Assembly: GCF_004010195.1 (NCBI RefSeq)
Contig: NC_057726.1
Coordinates: 40,560,649 to 40,580,648, forward strand
Length of the DNA stretch: 20,000 bases
Origin: Chiloscyllium plagiosum
Taxonomy: Eukaryota
Direction: 5' to 3'
Part shown: piece after piece, positions 1 through 12,270 of the stretch
Layout: every line of letters starts with the position of its first letter
Numbering within the stretch: position 1 is the first letter of the stretch
Translations under genes and position numbers: made by a program
Notes under the pieces: model-generated
Seen by the model: only the letters and a program-made list of their open reading frames with translations
Databases searched by the model: none
What the model was told of the DNA's origin: nothing

Positions 1-186
1 GTTTTCCTCTGGGTGCTCTAGTTTCCTCCCACAGTCCAAAAATGTGCAGGTTAGGTGAATTGGCCATGCTAAATTGCCCGTCGTGTTAGGTGTAGGGGAA
101 TGGGTCTGGGCAGGTTGTTCTTCGGAGGGTTCCTGTGGACTTGGTGGGCCAAAGGGCTTGTTTCCACACTGTAGGGAATCTAATCA
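1..186 (+). mobile_element. HE1-type V-SINE, 3' part (cut by window start)
   Basis: V-domain-like GGGTGCTCTAGTTTCCTCCCACAGTCCAAA; CR1-like tail GGGCCAAAGGGCTTGTTTCCACACTGTAGGGAATCTAATC; aligns closely by eye with 12075-12270. Confidence 0.9.
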
Positions 187-192
187 AAGAAC

Positions 193-310
193 AACTCGAC
201 TGAAAACGTTAACTGTGTTTTTCTCTCCATGGATGCTATCAGACAAACTGAGTATTTTCAGCACATTCTGTTTTTATTTCAAATTTCCAGCATTCACATA
301 CTTTGCTTTT
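193..310 (+). mobile_element. Penelope-like element terminal-repeat (pLTR) fragment, family A
   Basis: GAAAACGTTAACTGTG...GATGCTATCAGACAAACTGAGTATTTTCAGC...TTTCCAGCATTCACA resembles 4751-4875 and the reverse complement of 432-570, which is attached to a GIY-YIG C-terminus. Confidence 0.75.
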
Positions 311-362
311 ATATTTCCACTAAATCATCAACAATGACAGCCTTGAATAGTGTCTGTGACTA

Positions 363-388
363 CTCTCTCTCTCTCTATCACACACACA
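363..388. repeat. Compound (CT)n/(CA)n microsatellite
   Basis: CTCTCTCTCTCTCT-AT-CACACACACA read directly. Confidence 0.9.
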
Positions 389-431
389 TCAACAAATTCT
401 TTTTCAGCCGTTTGGTAATGTAACAATATAA

Positions 432-927
432 TAAAACCAAAGAACTGTGGATGCTAGAGACCTGAGGTAAATGCAGGATATGCTGGGGAAAAAATCTGCA
501 GCTCTGGCAACACCTGTGGAAAGGAACCAGAGTTAGCATTTTAAGTCAAAAATCTCCCTTCTTTAGAACCGAATGGAAGTGGAAATGTTATGAGTTTTAT
601 ACTATTGCATGGTGTTGGGTGGGGGTGGGAGGTGGTTGGTGGCAGAACAAAAGCAAAGGTCTGGGGATAGGTTTAGGGCAGGAGCGATTAAGTAACAAAG
701 ATTGCACGGGAACAAAAGATGAATGGAGTGATAATGGCTGTCGTAAAGAAACAAAGCTTTGGTCCATAGTCGGTATTAATGGAAGAATAATGGACAGCTC
801 TGCCTGAAAGCAATAACTGCATGAAATCAAAATGGAAGACAGAGTTCATGGTCTGAACTTATTGAACTCAATATTGAATCCAAAAAGCTATAAAGTGCCA
901 AATCGGAGATGAGCTGCTGTTCCTCCT
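432..927 (-). mobile_element. Penelope-like retroelement 3' fragment (GIY-YIG C-terminus, 3' UTR, pLTR), decayed
   Basis: Reverse complement of 848-926 reads EEQQLI(fs)RFGTL*LFGFNIEFNKFRP, parallel to EEERLIFCLGTLQPHGINVD at ~16428-16487; followed by a C-rich UTR and a terminal repeat at 432-570. Confidence 0.8.
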
Positions 928-1964
928 GTTTTTATTACTATTGCAACAACTTGTCCTGATCAAAGTTTTGACTTTTGTAACTAGTTATCAGATAAACTGT
1001 GAATTATTGTACTGCACATGTGGTATTAATGTCTTAAAACATTATAAATAATCAATAAACTATTCATATAATGACAAGTATCTGTAAATTAGACTTTGAA
1101 ATATTTTACTTCATTTCAGCACACAATAGAAAAATAATAGAATAGACTAAGTATCCAGTAGGGCATCTCTACAGTGGTAGTTATAATGATAATCTTATTT
1201 CCTTTTAGTTAAAGAGGCTGCCACTAAATAGATAAATAGATAAAGATAAAGAAACTTGGGTAAAAAATAAAAATAAAGACAAACCTTCACAAGCACATCA
1301 TTTTCACTTTTCATTTGTAAAAGTAATGAAGTTGTATAGTTTTAGCAAGTCTACAGTTGTAATTTTTTTTGTAACTATTCCACCTCACCCTCTGGACTAA
1401 TTTTATAAAGCAGACCGTATTGAATGTATGCTGCAGTAAATCTTCAGTTAAAGATCAATTATTTTCACATTACTGTGCTTGGCACTTAGCAGCCTACATG
1501 TGGCCTGACCCAGATAATTAACTGATCCTTTTCTAATTTGCACATAGCACAATCAGTATTTCAGGCCTATGTTTAAAATGTAGCACCCAGTTTCTGTATT
1601 TTCAATCGAACATATAACCAATAATTGTTGCCTTTTTACAAAATTATTTTCCTAATTATTCTCTCAGAAGATCCATTGTTTCTATACATTCTAATCTAGT
1701 TAGAAACTTGGGAATAAGGGTGTTATGGAGTGCAAACAATCCACAAAAAAAACACTAATGCTTTTTGTGATCAGTTAATGGAAAATGCAGTTGTAGCAGG
1801 GGAATTGAAACATGACAAATAAGATGACTAAATTTAAATGGCAAGTAGTTCTAGCTCTTGGGACCGTGCTCAAGATAGGCCAGAAAATGAAATATATCCA
1901 AATTTGTTCAACTCTACCAAATATATTGAACTTGGGTTGAGGATGTCCTTTCAACTAAGATATG

Positions 1965-2425
1965 GGCTCAAATCCTCTGGTCAGGATTAAAAACCCTACT
2001 CCCAACCATGATCGGACAATAAAAAAAATCACACCTACTTTTGGTGGGACTGCACCATTAGCATTAGCAAACTAACACAACCTAGCCAGAAATCTATGGA
2101 AACAACAATGGAGTGGGTTGACGTACAGGAGCCAGTGGGACCAGCTAAATTAGTTAGAGTAAGTTTTTTGGGGGAGGATTGGCTTGTGTGGGAGCTATCT
2201 GGGTGAATCCAGTTTGGTGAGTTGTCTTTGAGATCAGATTGAGAGGGTCACTGGGTCTGAGTTGGGTAGATTCTGACAAGAGTGGATTCTTGATGGCTTG
2301 GGTTAGAGTATAGTCTGAGACTTTTTCTGAGGGTTTTAACTTCCCAGGCAATGACAGAATTGGGATTTCTGCATGTTCCTGACGCTTATCTTCCAGAGTA
2401 CATCCAGAGGGCAAAGGTCTGGGCC
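1965..2425. mobile_element. Possible decayed MITE-like non-autonomous DNA transposon
   Basis: Imperfect inverted ends GGCTCAAA..CCTCTGG / CCAGAGG..TCTGGGCC, ATG on both flanks (1962-1964, 2426-2428), G/T-rich interior. Weak. Confidence 0.3.
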
Positions 2426-2794
2426 ATGCTTTTCAAACTCAAACTGGACAGTTATTTGTTAATGATACCGTAGCCTTTCGCCTTCAGGTAGAAATGCACA
2501 AATCACTTTCATGTTTAAGTCAAAGTACCTTTACAGGACTGTTCTATTGACTGTGGTGATTCGACACTGCACACAGAGCACTGTCACCACTGGATATATA
2601 TTACCCTATCAATAAAACAAGGTAATTAAAATCCTTAAAGATATATTGATGAGTCAAAAGTGACAATGCATATTGTAAAGGTGACAAAATATATTAGGGG
2701 CTGCTATTGATATCCTACTTGGGTGAAGTAACTCATTTTGTGGCTCAGATATACACACCCAGTATTTCCACTTCACTTAATGTTACAACATGGC

Positions 2795-2920
2795 AAAAGT
2801 GAGAACTGCAGATGCTAGAGATTAGAGTCAAGAGTGTGGTGCTGGAAAAGCGCAGCAGTTTAGGCAGCATCTGCGGAACAAGAGAATTGACATTTCAGGC
2901 AAAAGCCCTTGTTCAGGAAC
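2795..2920 (-). mobile_element. Penelope-like pLTR fragment, family B
   Basis: Reverse complement matches the 3' end (16720-16846) of the Penelope copy and the arms at 12921-13102. Confidence 0.85.
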
Positions 2921-4750
2921 AATAGTGCTAGGAAGAGTTGGTTGGCAAACTAAGTGGGTGACTGTGGGTCACTGTGGGTGAATACTTATTAGTTTAAGAG
3001 AAACCGTTCTTCCAGAAATCAAGTTGCATTTGTCTTCCAGTTAGCAACACGCCAGTTTTTGTGTCATTCTCTTGAACTCACCTTTTACCCCTTCTGCCAA
3101 GTGACTTCCCCCTTTATAGCACAATAGTTTTGGAGATATATGGATACCCCAGAGCTAACTTTATTACAGTGTCAGGCTAACTGGGATTGATTTAATTGAC
3201 TTTTCAAACCAAGTGATTCAACAATCAATAGTAACAATTGGATTTGCAGACATGCTCTCTGGAGAAATAATTATTTTGGGAACATTCACACATTTAGAAC
3301 TTGGATTTCTGAAAATGAAACAAATACTTATTTTGTACATCATAACTTGTTTGAAAAAGATTCTTGAAATATGGAAATAAGTACACAGGAATCCTGTTGT
3401 ATTCAGCAGAAAGCATTTCCTTTCACAGCTATTCAGCCTGCGACTGGTAAATAGCTATGTCAGTGTTAGGTCCTCCTTATAACTGAAAATACATAAAAAT
3501 ACTTTCATCATATCTGTGTTCAGGTTTGACTTTTGCGATTGACTTGAAATGTATTTCCAACATTACTCTGTGAGCGATCTCCCATTAATTTTATCTCCAT
3601 ATTTTCAATTAATTTCCTAACTACGTCAATTTAACAGCCCTACGTTACAATGCTGGGATACTAGGTCTGGTTAAAGAAAATATCCCGTTTACTCATTTAC
3701 CCAACAAATCCTAATTGCAGGCCAAAGTAGTAATTTTTGTTATAACCTGAAGGTTGAGATATAATTCCAAAATTAAAATACATCACGTTAAAAAGCCATC
3801 ATCACTAAAATCAATTCTAAAATCAATTATAATCATCTGTACAAACAGTCCTATATCACAATGATCTATGACAGCTTCAAAATATATTATCGGTCTACGA
3901 CTGCATTTTTAAGATAAGTTTGGTAATTATCCAATAAAATACCTACGGCATTTACAGCAAAATAACTGTCTGGAATTAGTTAATAATACCTAATGGATTG
4001 CTGAAATAACAGCAATTGTACCAACAAATTTTGAAAGTAGTTAATAAGTATGTTCAGCTCAAGTTAAAATATCAGGTGTACTTTCATGGGCTGTAGGTAA
4101 AAGTGTGCTTTGATGATCTCCTACTCGACCAAAACAAGTACAATGTGACAGCACTGGAAACTATTTTCTATTCCATTTTCATTTTTGGGTTCTGATACAA
4201 CAAGAAACTGAGGGTTTGGAGTGGCAGACAAGACTTTTGCCGGCTGATGTGTAAATACATTCTACCTTTCAGTCTTCATTTCGGGTTTTATACCAGTATC
4301 TCTCCATACAGAGGAATTTATTACCCCAGTTAGACTGTCAGGAAAAGCAAAGATTAAAGGTGAAAGAAAGAGAAAATTATTTGCAAAATCCCCTGTGGCA
4401 TGTTACACTGTATCAGAGACCTGAAAGCAGATTGGCCAATGACCTCCTGATGAGACATTAGCAAAAACACTTAGAAAATAATTGAGACAACTATTTGCTG
4501 GCCAGCAACATCTGTGCTGCAAGCACTGTTCATGGCAATTAAATTACAACTTAATTTTTATGCCATAATTCAGCTATAGGCAACATTACTATTAATTTTC
4601 TCTGTTCTGGTAGGAAATCACAGTGGTGCGGGCGAGAGGACATTACTGGTGCAAGAGTCAATGACAGTGATGTGATCTTTGATGAGTAATTAAACCAAAG
4701 CTGGTATAAGCACAGTCATTGCCACCAAACATTACACATATACAAATGCC

Positions 4751-4875
4751 CTGAAGAAGGGTCACTTGACTTGAAATTTTAACTCTGCTTTCTTTCCACA
4801 GATACTGCCAGACCTGCTGAGTTTCTCCAACAATTTCTGTTTTTGCATCAGATTTCCAGCATCCACAGTTCTTTA
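4751..4875 (+). mobile_element. Penelope-like pLTR fragment, family A, starting with a hammerhead-like core
   Basis: CTGAAGA-A-GGGTC-ACTT-GACTT-GAAA then AACTCTGCTTTCTTTCCACAGATACTGCCAGACCTGCTGAG; similar to 193-310 and 432-570(-). Confidence 0.8.
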
Positions 4876-5165
4876 TTTTATATACACGTGTCCATTGCAG
4901 GAAACCCAATTCTGAGGTCTTGTCTGAAGACTAAGTTTTAACGTGCATAATTTCATGTGGTAAACTACCTCTTGTGGCATTTTTGCTGATGACAATCTCT
5001 GGTACCATTGATAAGTGCCATCACAACCTCTTTATGATAACAAGTAAGGGTTGTTTGAGGTGGTTCACCAACACCAATACACCCTTGCCATTGATTTGCC
5101 TTGAGTCTATCAGGTAATTAGTTGGTCAGAATGCATTTCTGTGTCACATCTTTCTGCTTCCCCGT

Positions 5166-6052
5166 AGATAGAGTCATAGAGTCATAGAGATGTATAGCAT
5201 GGAAACAGACCCCTCGGTCCAACCCGTCCATGCTGACCAGATATCCCAACCCAATCTAGTCCCACTGGCCAGCAGCCGGCCCATATCCCTCCAAACCCTT
5301 CCTATTCATATACCCATCCAAATGCCTCTTAAATGTTGCAATTGTACCAGCCACCATCACTTCCTCTGGCAGCTCATTCCATACACGTACCACCCTCTCG
5401 GTGAAAAAGTAGCCCCTTAGGTCTCTTTTATATCTTTCCCCTCTCACCCTAAACTTATGCCCTCTCGTTCTGGACTCCCCAACCCCAGGGAAAAGACTTT
5501 GCCTATTTACCCTATTCATGCCCCTCATAATTTTGTAAACCTCTATAAGGTCACCCCTCAGCCTCCGACGCTCCAGGGAAAACAGCCCCAGCCTGTTCAG
5601 CCTCTCCTTATAGCTCAAATCCTCCAACCTGGCAACATCCTTGTAAATCTTTTCTGAACCCTTTCAAGTTTCACAACATCTTTCCGATAAGAAGGAGACC
5701 AGAATTGCACGCAATATTCCAAAGTGGCCTAACCTGTACAGCCGCAACAAGACCTCCCAACTCCTGTACTCAATGCTCTGACCAATAAAGGAAAGCATAC
5801 CTTCTTCACTATCCTATCCACCCGCGACTCCACTTTCAAGGAGGTATGAACCTGCACTCCAAGGTCTCTTTGTTCAGCAACACTCTCTAGGACCTTACCA
5901 TTAAGTGTACAAGTCCTGCTAAGATTTGCTTTCTCAAAATGCAGCACCTCGCATTTATCTGAATTAAACTCCAACTGCCACTTCTCAGCCCATTGGCCCA
6001 TCTGGTCCAGATCCTGTTGTAATCTGAGGTAACCCTCTTCGCTCTGCACTTA
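5166..6052 (-). mobile_element. CR1-clade LINE (HER1-like), 5'-truncated, ORF2 C-terminus and 3' tail, frameshifted
   Basis: ORFs 5729-6049 (LQQDLDQMGQWAEKWQLEFNSDKCEVLHF) and 5256-5627 (SYKERLNRLGLFSLERRRLRGDLIEVYKIM...FFTERVVRVWNELP) are typical of CR1 ORF2; 8-bp tail repeat (ATAGAGTC)n at ~5168-5189. Confidence 0.95.
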
Positions 6053-9000
6053 CACATCTTTTAAAGGAACATACAGTTCATCAGTATTTTTACGAGTCGA
6101 GGTGAAGCTTCATTATACTGGGGTAGGGTGAGGAATCCAAACCCTAGTGATCGCTGACAAGCAACTTCTCTTCAGGATAGATTGTTTGATTGGATAGATT
6201 CTGGCACTGAAGCAGCTGAAGTGGTCACTTTGCTTAACACTTGGTGGGATATGCCAAGTTAATTTGTCTATCTGACAAAGTTCAGTGGGGTACCCATTAG
6301 CTGCTATAAATTTCAAATGATAAACCATTATTTGTATTGTCAGTTACCTAGGGAGGATAACTACTGGAGGAGTGTTGCTTTTTTCTAAATATATGAAGAT
6401 TGGATTAGGAAACCACACAGGCAACATTTGTGTCTTAAATTCTATTTTGATGGATTGCTTTAATTAATTCTGGAGGTACATTTTTTCATCTTTTGTTCCA
6501 GCCTGGATCAAAGGGGAGAGAGATATATAACTCCATCTTAAATGCTTGCTTGCTAGTTCCTCCACCCCAGCTTATAGGCTTTTTCATTTACAGCTTTTTA
6601 ATCATGGATATGATACAACACTGTTAAAACATATTTTAAAAAAACCTTTATTGCTTTGAAATTGTTTTGATGACAAATAAAAGTTGAGAATTACTAAAAG
6701 GTTCTTCCAACATCTAGCTAGTTCAGCAGAAACCCCAGAAGAATAGTTAATCTGTAAGATGCATATAAATTCGATCCCCAAGTATCCTGTTTAAGTATTC
6801 ATTCTGCAAATTAATCTATTTTTCTTTTTTGTTATTTTGGTCTATTAATAGACACTAATGAGCAGCTTTCTGCCTTAGTGACATAGACTGTCCAAATACT
6901 TAATTTCCACTGATTTCAGAGAGGTCAGGAGACTAACTAGGGTAATCCATACTGCTTCCAGTATACATACTAATAGTATAAAAGTGCTCATTTTGTGAGC
7001 CAGAAACAACATGTATTAGATAATGCTTTCTAATCTCACTTTTTAGGTCACAAGGAGATAAGAGTTTGTTTGTGAAAATGGATTATTGTAGTTAACATAC
7101 ATAAAAAAATTCTGCATAAAAATTCAGAGGACAAAGGGTATGTAACGCTTCAATAGCACTTATCTGCAACCAATGAAAATCAATTCTGCTGGCAAAATTA
7201 GTACTGAGTGATATCAGTAATTAAGTGCCCAGTAGGGGAACTTGGCTTCAGTCTGTTGAAGAATCGAGTGCACTTGAGAAAACCCATAGATTGCACAACA
7301 ATTGGATTAAAATGCATTGAAACCATTTGAAACATTCCAAAATTCTCTGGGTATTATTTTCAGCAGTAGCCATAACTGAGTTTTATTTTTAAGTATAGGA
7401 ATAATATTTGTGCTGTCTGCAATATTTTCTTCATTCACCATTCTCTACCATCCGTAAACAACTGCCAGAAAAATGGCTGAAGTGACTCCATTTGGTTGAA
7501 GGAAATGGACTTGGGAATAGAAAAGAAAGGGGATGGGAATTTAAATAGAATCAAAGAGAAAGGTTAGCAAAGTAGGAAGGCAGAAATTATAGGACAAGCC
7601 ATCAAAGTAAAACAAGACTTTTTTAATTCATAGATTTTCCTTTCACAAGTCACTTTGAGCATCTGCACTGCTCCTGAGGTGCTACAGCTGCATAGAGGAA
7701 GAATTCTAAATGAGATTAAATATCAGTGTTGACACTGAGCACAACTGATGTTTTAGGGGCCTTCTATGAAGTCTTACAGGCACAATACAATGTTCAGTGC
7801 TCAAACTAAAGCATCCCATAATATGGAAATCTGCACCCAGTGTATATCAAAGTTACAAGAAGAATACATTACGTCCTCCGATCAAAGTGCTTCTATTTAG
7901 TACAATTTCTTTTGAAGTTTTTTTTTTAACGGTTGTATAAGCTACAAAGTGAATTCAAAAAGCATGAACTAACCACAAGAAAAAAATAAGTAGGAGGAAG
8001 ATCCAACTAGGTTGTTCTTTGCTTTTAAATTCTGGTTTCTGTTCATTAAGATGTGAATTCCAAAACAAGAATTTATGTTGTTGATCAAATATCTTATTCA
8101 GCTGAGTTTTGGATAGCTAGCTCAGCTTGTTTATTTTTCTGGAAGGACAATATGATCAGTACATTAGCGTGAAAATCCAATCCGCTGCTTGAATGCTAAG
8201 CATATTGTTTCAAAAAAAGTACTGTTCTTGGTTTTGAGAAACATGCCATGGATCAATTTGCAATGATGAGCATTCCAAATTTTAATCAGAGTTAGGACAG
8301 GCAGAGTTAATCTCGATCTGTAGTTAGCAATGTTGTAGCTGCAACATTGATCCATAAAACTTGCCAGCCACTATCCAACTTCATAGCAAAGTTACCATTC
8401 ACTGTTCTATCATGGATAGTAACACAGTCATTCTCAAAAGTTGATATTGGTGTCCTGATAAACTACAGTCACTTCAACTTCTGTTAAAATTTTACAGAAG
8501 GACAATGTCCCTTAATGGAGGCCACAATATGGATTCCTTGATATTTTTCTACCTAATATTTTGACCTGGAGAAAGACAACCATGAAAAATACTGAAAAAG
8601 CACCAAAGAAATTAGCTCTTTTTTTGCACCAGAATGGTGGCGATGGCTGCGACCATCAAGTCAATCAGCTAAGTCAGCTTTCGAACTGTAGTGTCTCTGA
8701 TTTACACAACGTAGAAAACATTGATACTCAACATCTTTTGATCTTTGATGTGCTTTAACATTCCTGCTTATTCAACCTCAGATTCAGCATCTGATCCCAT
8801 ACACTCTACATCATTGGGACTGCCTCTCTAACATCAACCAACTTTGTGGATGCCTTCGTGCACCAGATACAAAACATTTTCCATGCTTTTACAATTTACA
8901 GACTTGACCATTCCAATAATTGTCTGCTTAACATCTCACCCCTTCCCTCTCACCCTGAACCATCTCAAACTCATTTCACTGAAGGAATTAAATATTGCCT

Positions 9001-9921
9001 CTAGCTTCTGAAGTATTAGTTCAACAATATATTTACTGCACCTACCTTGTTTAATGACGATCAATGTTGTGTCCTGCAGGAGTAGAAAGGGTATGAAATG
9101 CACTTCTTTTATGATTAGCCTCCAACTCTACTGCCCTTTCCTTGCATGTTCTACTGGGCTCCTATATCGTACTAAGTAAGAGAATGGCATTGAAACATAT
9201 GGGTAATCCACCATATGCCTCTTTTCTGATGTTGTCAATGAGGAACATTCCTCTTTAAATCAGGACAATGTGAGGGTCCTGCTTTATCAGTATATTCACT
9301 CCAAATGAAATAAAAACTGTAAACATTCTTTCATTAATTATTGTGCAGGAAACAAATAAATGCTTCACATCTGAAACTCTCTTCACTTCTCTTCATCTTA
9401 ATGTTTGAGTGAAAGGCACTTACAAGGGAAGGAAGAAGGTACTGAAGGCATTTCATGTTGACAGCAATGGGAATCCATTTATTCCAGAACATCGGTACAT
9501 TGGGCTGACCACCTCTTTTAGCCTGTGCTGTGCTGGTGATGTCACAGAAGTTCATGAAGCACTGAATTGTGGTGTGAATGTTGATAGAGATAGCACTGTC
9601 CATCAAAGCCATCTCTATTCACTGTGTCTAGATCAGTTTTTTTTTTATTGCCTTTCTTATTTATCCCAAGTATTTTATTCTCACTTTCCCTTTACGTAAG
9701 AAAATCAAAGCTCAACCAAAGACGCTATGAAGGCTGTTCCACTTCACCTCTTTGGAAAGGCTATTTAAATTCTTTAAATTACTTGGCTGAATGTGGGAGT
9801 GAGCAGACAGGCCAAATTGGAAGAGACATTATTCTTGATGGTCTGTGACAGATTAATTTAAATTTCCTGCAGTTCTTTGGCCTCATAGCTTTTTTGTTTG
9901 GCATTGTTGGTAAATTAGTAT

Positions 9922-10583
9922 GTATGGGACCATCCATAGTTGCCCTTGAGAAGGTGGTGGTGAGTTGCCTTCTTGAACCATTGCCGTCCATGTGCTGTAG
10001 GGTGACCCACAATGCCATTAGGGAGGGAATTCCAGGATTTTGATCCAGCAACAGTGATGGAACAGCGATATATTTCCAAGTCGGGATGGTGAGTGGCTTG
10101 GAGGGGAACTTGCAGGTGATAGTGTTCCCACATATCTGCTGCCCTTGTCCTTCTAGATGGAAGTGGGCATGGGTTTGGAAGGTACTATTTAAGGATCTTT
10201 GGTGAATTTCTGTGGTGCATCCTGTAGATAGTATACACTGCTGCTACTGAGCGTCAGTGGTGGAGGGAGCGAATGTTTGTGGATATGATGCCAATCAAGT
10301 GAGCTGCTTTATCCTGAATGGTGTCAAACTGTGTGTCATTGGAGCTGCACTAATTCAGGCAAGTGGGAAGTATTCCATCACACTCCTGACTTGTGCTTTG
10401 CAGATAGTGGGCAGGCTGTGGGGAGTCAGGAGGTGAGTTATTTGCTGCAGTATTCCTAGTCTTTGTTCTGCTCTTGTAGCCACTTTATTTATGTGGTGAG
10501 TCCAGTTAGGTTTCTGGTCTATGTTACCCCCAGGACTTTGATAGTGGGGGATTCAATGATGGTAACACCATTGAATGTCAAGG
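9922..10583 (-). mobile_element. Second CR1/L2-group LINE family, 3' fragment of ORF2, decayed
   Basis: Minus strand gives TFNGVTIIESPTIKVLGVTIDQKPNWTHHINKVATRAEQRLGIL...KAQVRSVMEYFPLA, then KSWNSLP and a 3' end CACCACCTTCTCAAGGGCAACTATGGATGG. Confidence 0.85.
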
Positions 10584-10836
10584 TACTTGCCTCAGACATA
10601 TGGTCTTGTTGGCAGCCTGCTCGCAGTCATATGATTTGAAAGAGAACCTCTGAAAGTCTTCAAGACTCAATCTACATGAATATTTTTCCATGATGGACAC
10701 GCTTTCCTAACAGAATGTCTATACAAGGGTTAGGTCCTAACAAATTTTACCTTTAAGTTTCAGGTGGAAACATTCTGGTCATTTCCTTAATTATTGACAG
10801 CCTAATGAAAATAAAAGAATTAAAATTCCTTTCATC

Positions 10837-11175
10837 CTACCAGCCTCTATGCTCCATGAACATGTGGTCAGCCAAACCCCTCCAGCCTGGCTCTTAATCA
10901 TGTACCAAGTCTTGTTTACCCCATGTCCTTGTTGACCTACATTATCTGCTGACCTTTCAATGGCTTTAATTTTAAATTCCCATCATTGTGTGTTAAAATC
11001 CATTCCTGTTATAAGCTCCTACAGTCTGACAATTACCTTCAGCTTCCTGTTGGGTTTTTGTCTGGGTTTTTAGACAATTTCCCCATCTCTGTGATTTCCA
11101 TTGAGTACTGAACCTCCAGTCACATAAACCACATGCACTGGAATCCCTCCACTTCCTCACCTCCTCCTTTACAAG
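10837..11175 (+). mobile_element. Old L2-clade LINE 3' ORF2 fragment
   Basis: With frameshifts: LPASMLHEHVVSQTPPAWLL / CTKSCLPHVLVDLHYL..QWL / NFK ... WNP, resembling the L2 pattern QNSAAR-LT..ITPVL..LHWLPV..FK..LWNSLP. Confidence 0.6.
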
Positions 11176-11954
11176 CCAGGGCTAATTATTTTGAAAATTA
11201 TTAACTATTAATGCTCGCAATCATTAAGTGCAAATAATTGATGCCACTTTAAACTCCAGTCATTACTGGTTAATATCTAATAATGGGAAGATCACTGGTG
11301 AAAAGTAGACTCTGATTTTCCTTATTAATTAATTTTGAGAACTCAAAGACATTTTCAGATTTCTGAATAGTGATTTTATCTGTCACATAATGTCTGCAAA
11401 ATTACAGTGGTGTCACTTTTATAAAGTAGAACTAGAGGAATGTACAGATTTGCAGAACATCAGCTAATTCAGAGGGTATTTGGAATGAATGAGAAATGAA
11501 ATGGTGCATTTGTGACGATGTTAACAAATTCCATGGACTGTGATTTTGATCCATTGAGAATTAATTTTACAATATTCATCTTTTAAAAATATGGTCATTA
11601 ATAGGAACCAAGTTTATTACCTGTCTGTGCCAACAAGTTGTAAAAATGACATCGTATCACAGTGTCAGATCAGTAACAATAAACACACTTCGGGAGGCTG
11701 TGAAATTACAGCAGTATCTTGGTCCTCAGATATGACTAGAAATACACATTATTTGAAATATTAATAGAATCTCCCACAGGAGATAACTTTGATTGGCTTA
11801 TTATTATTCTGTGGGCATCGGGGATCATTTCATTGCTCAGTGATGATAATTCATAAGAGAAATTAAAAACAAGATTCCACTGTAGTAATCTGTTCCTTCT
11901 TAGCATTCACTCTGCAGTGTCTAACCCCAAATTCAAACTAAGATTATGGATGCT

Positions 11955-12270
11955 CACAGCAGGGGTGACACAGTGGTTAGTACTGCTGCCTCACAGCACT
12001 AGGGTCCCAGGTTCAATTCCAACCTTGGGTGATTGTCTGTGTGGAGTTTGCACATTTTCCCACTGTCCACATGGGTTTCCTCCGGGTGCTCCGGTTTCCT
12101 CCCACAGTCCAAAGATGTGCAGGTCAGGTGAATTGGCCATGCTAAATTGCCCATAATGTTAGCTGCATTAGTCAGAGGGAAATGGGTCTGGGTGGGTTAC
12201 TCTTCGAAGGGTCGGTGTGGACTTGTTGGGCCGAAGGGCTTGTTTCCATGCTGTAGGGAATCTAATCTAA
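11955..12270 (+). mobile_element. HE1-type V-SINE, full length
   Basis: tRNA-derived head with A-box-like TGACACAGTGG (11966-11976) and B box GGTTCAATTCC (12010-12020), V domain, CR1-like tail ending TCTAATCTAA. Confidence 0.93.

Noticed and set aside
4447..4470. CTGATGAG as another hammerhead core
   Set aside because: No helix II or properly placed GAAA follows.
4981..4995. FADD-like RT motif (TTTGCTGATGAC)
   Set aside because: Isolated, with no flanking RT motifs and a nearby stop.
5145..6061. CACATCTTT on both sides of the minus-strand CR1 as a TSD
   Set aside because: The left copy is about 12 bp from the element end, so it is not a clean TSD.
8328..8349. 22-bp near-perfect palindrome CAATGTTGTAGCTGCAACATTG
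   Set aside because: Single short occurrence with no supporting context.
8760..8960. Very old L2-like RT remnant
   Set aside because: Only a faint resemblance to LDLSAAFD; not supportable.
11658..11684. RSS-like CACAGTG + 11 bp + ACAATAAAC
   Set aside because: Spacer is 11 rather than 12, nonamer is 7/9, and no V/D/J-like segment or partner RSS is nearby; likely chance.
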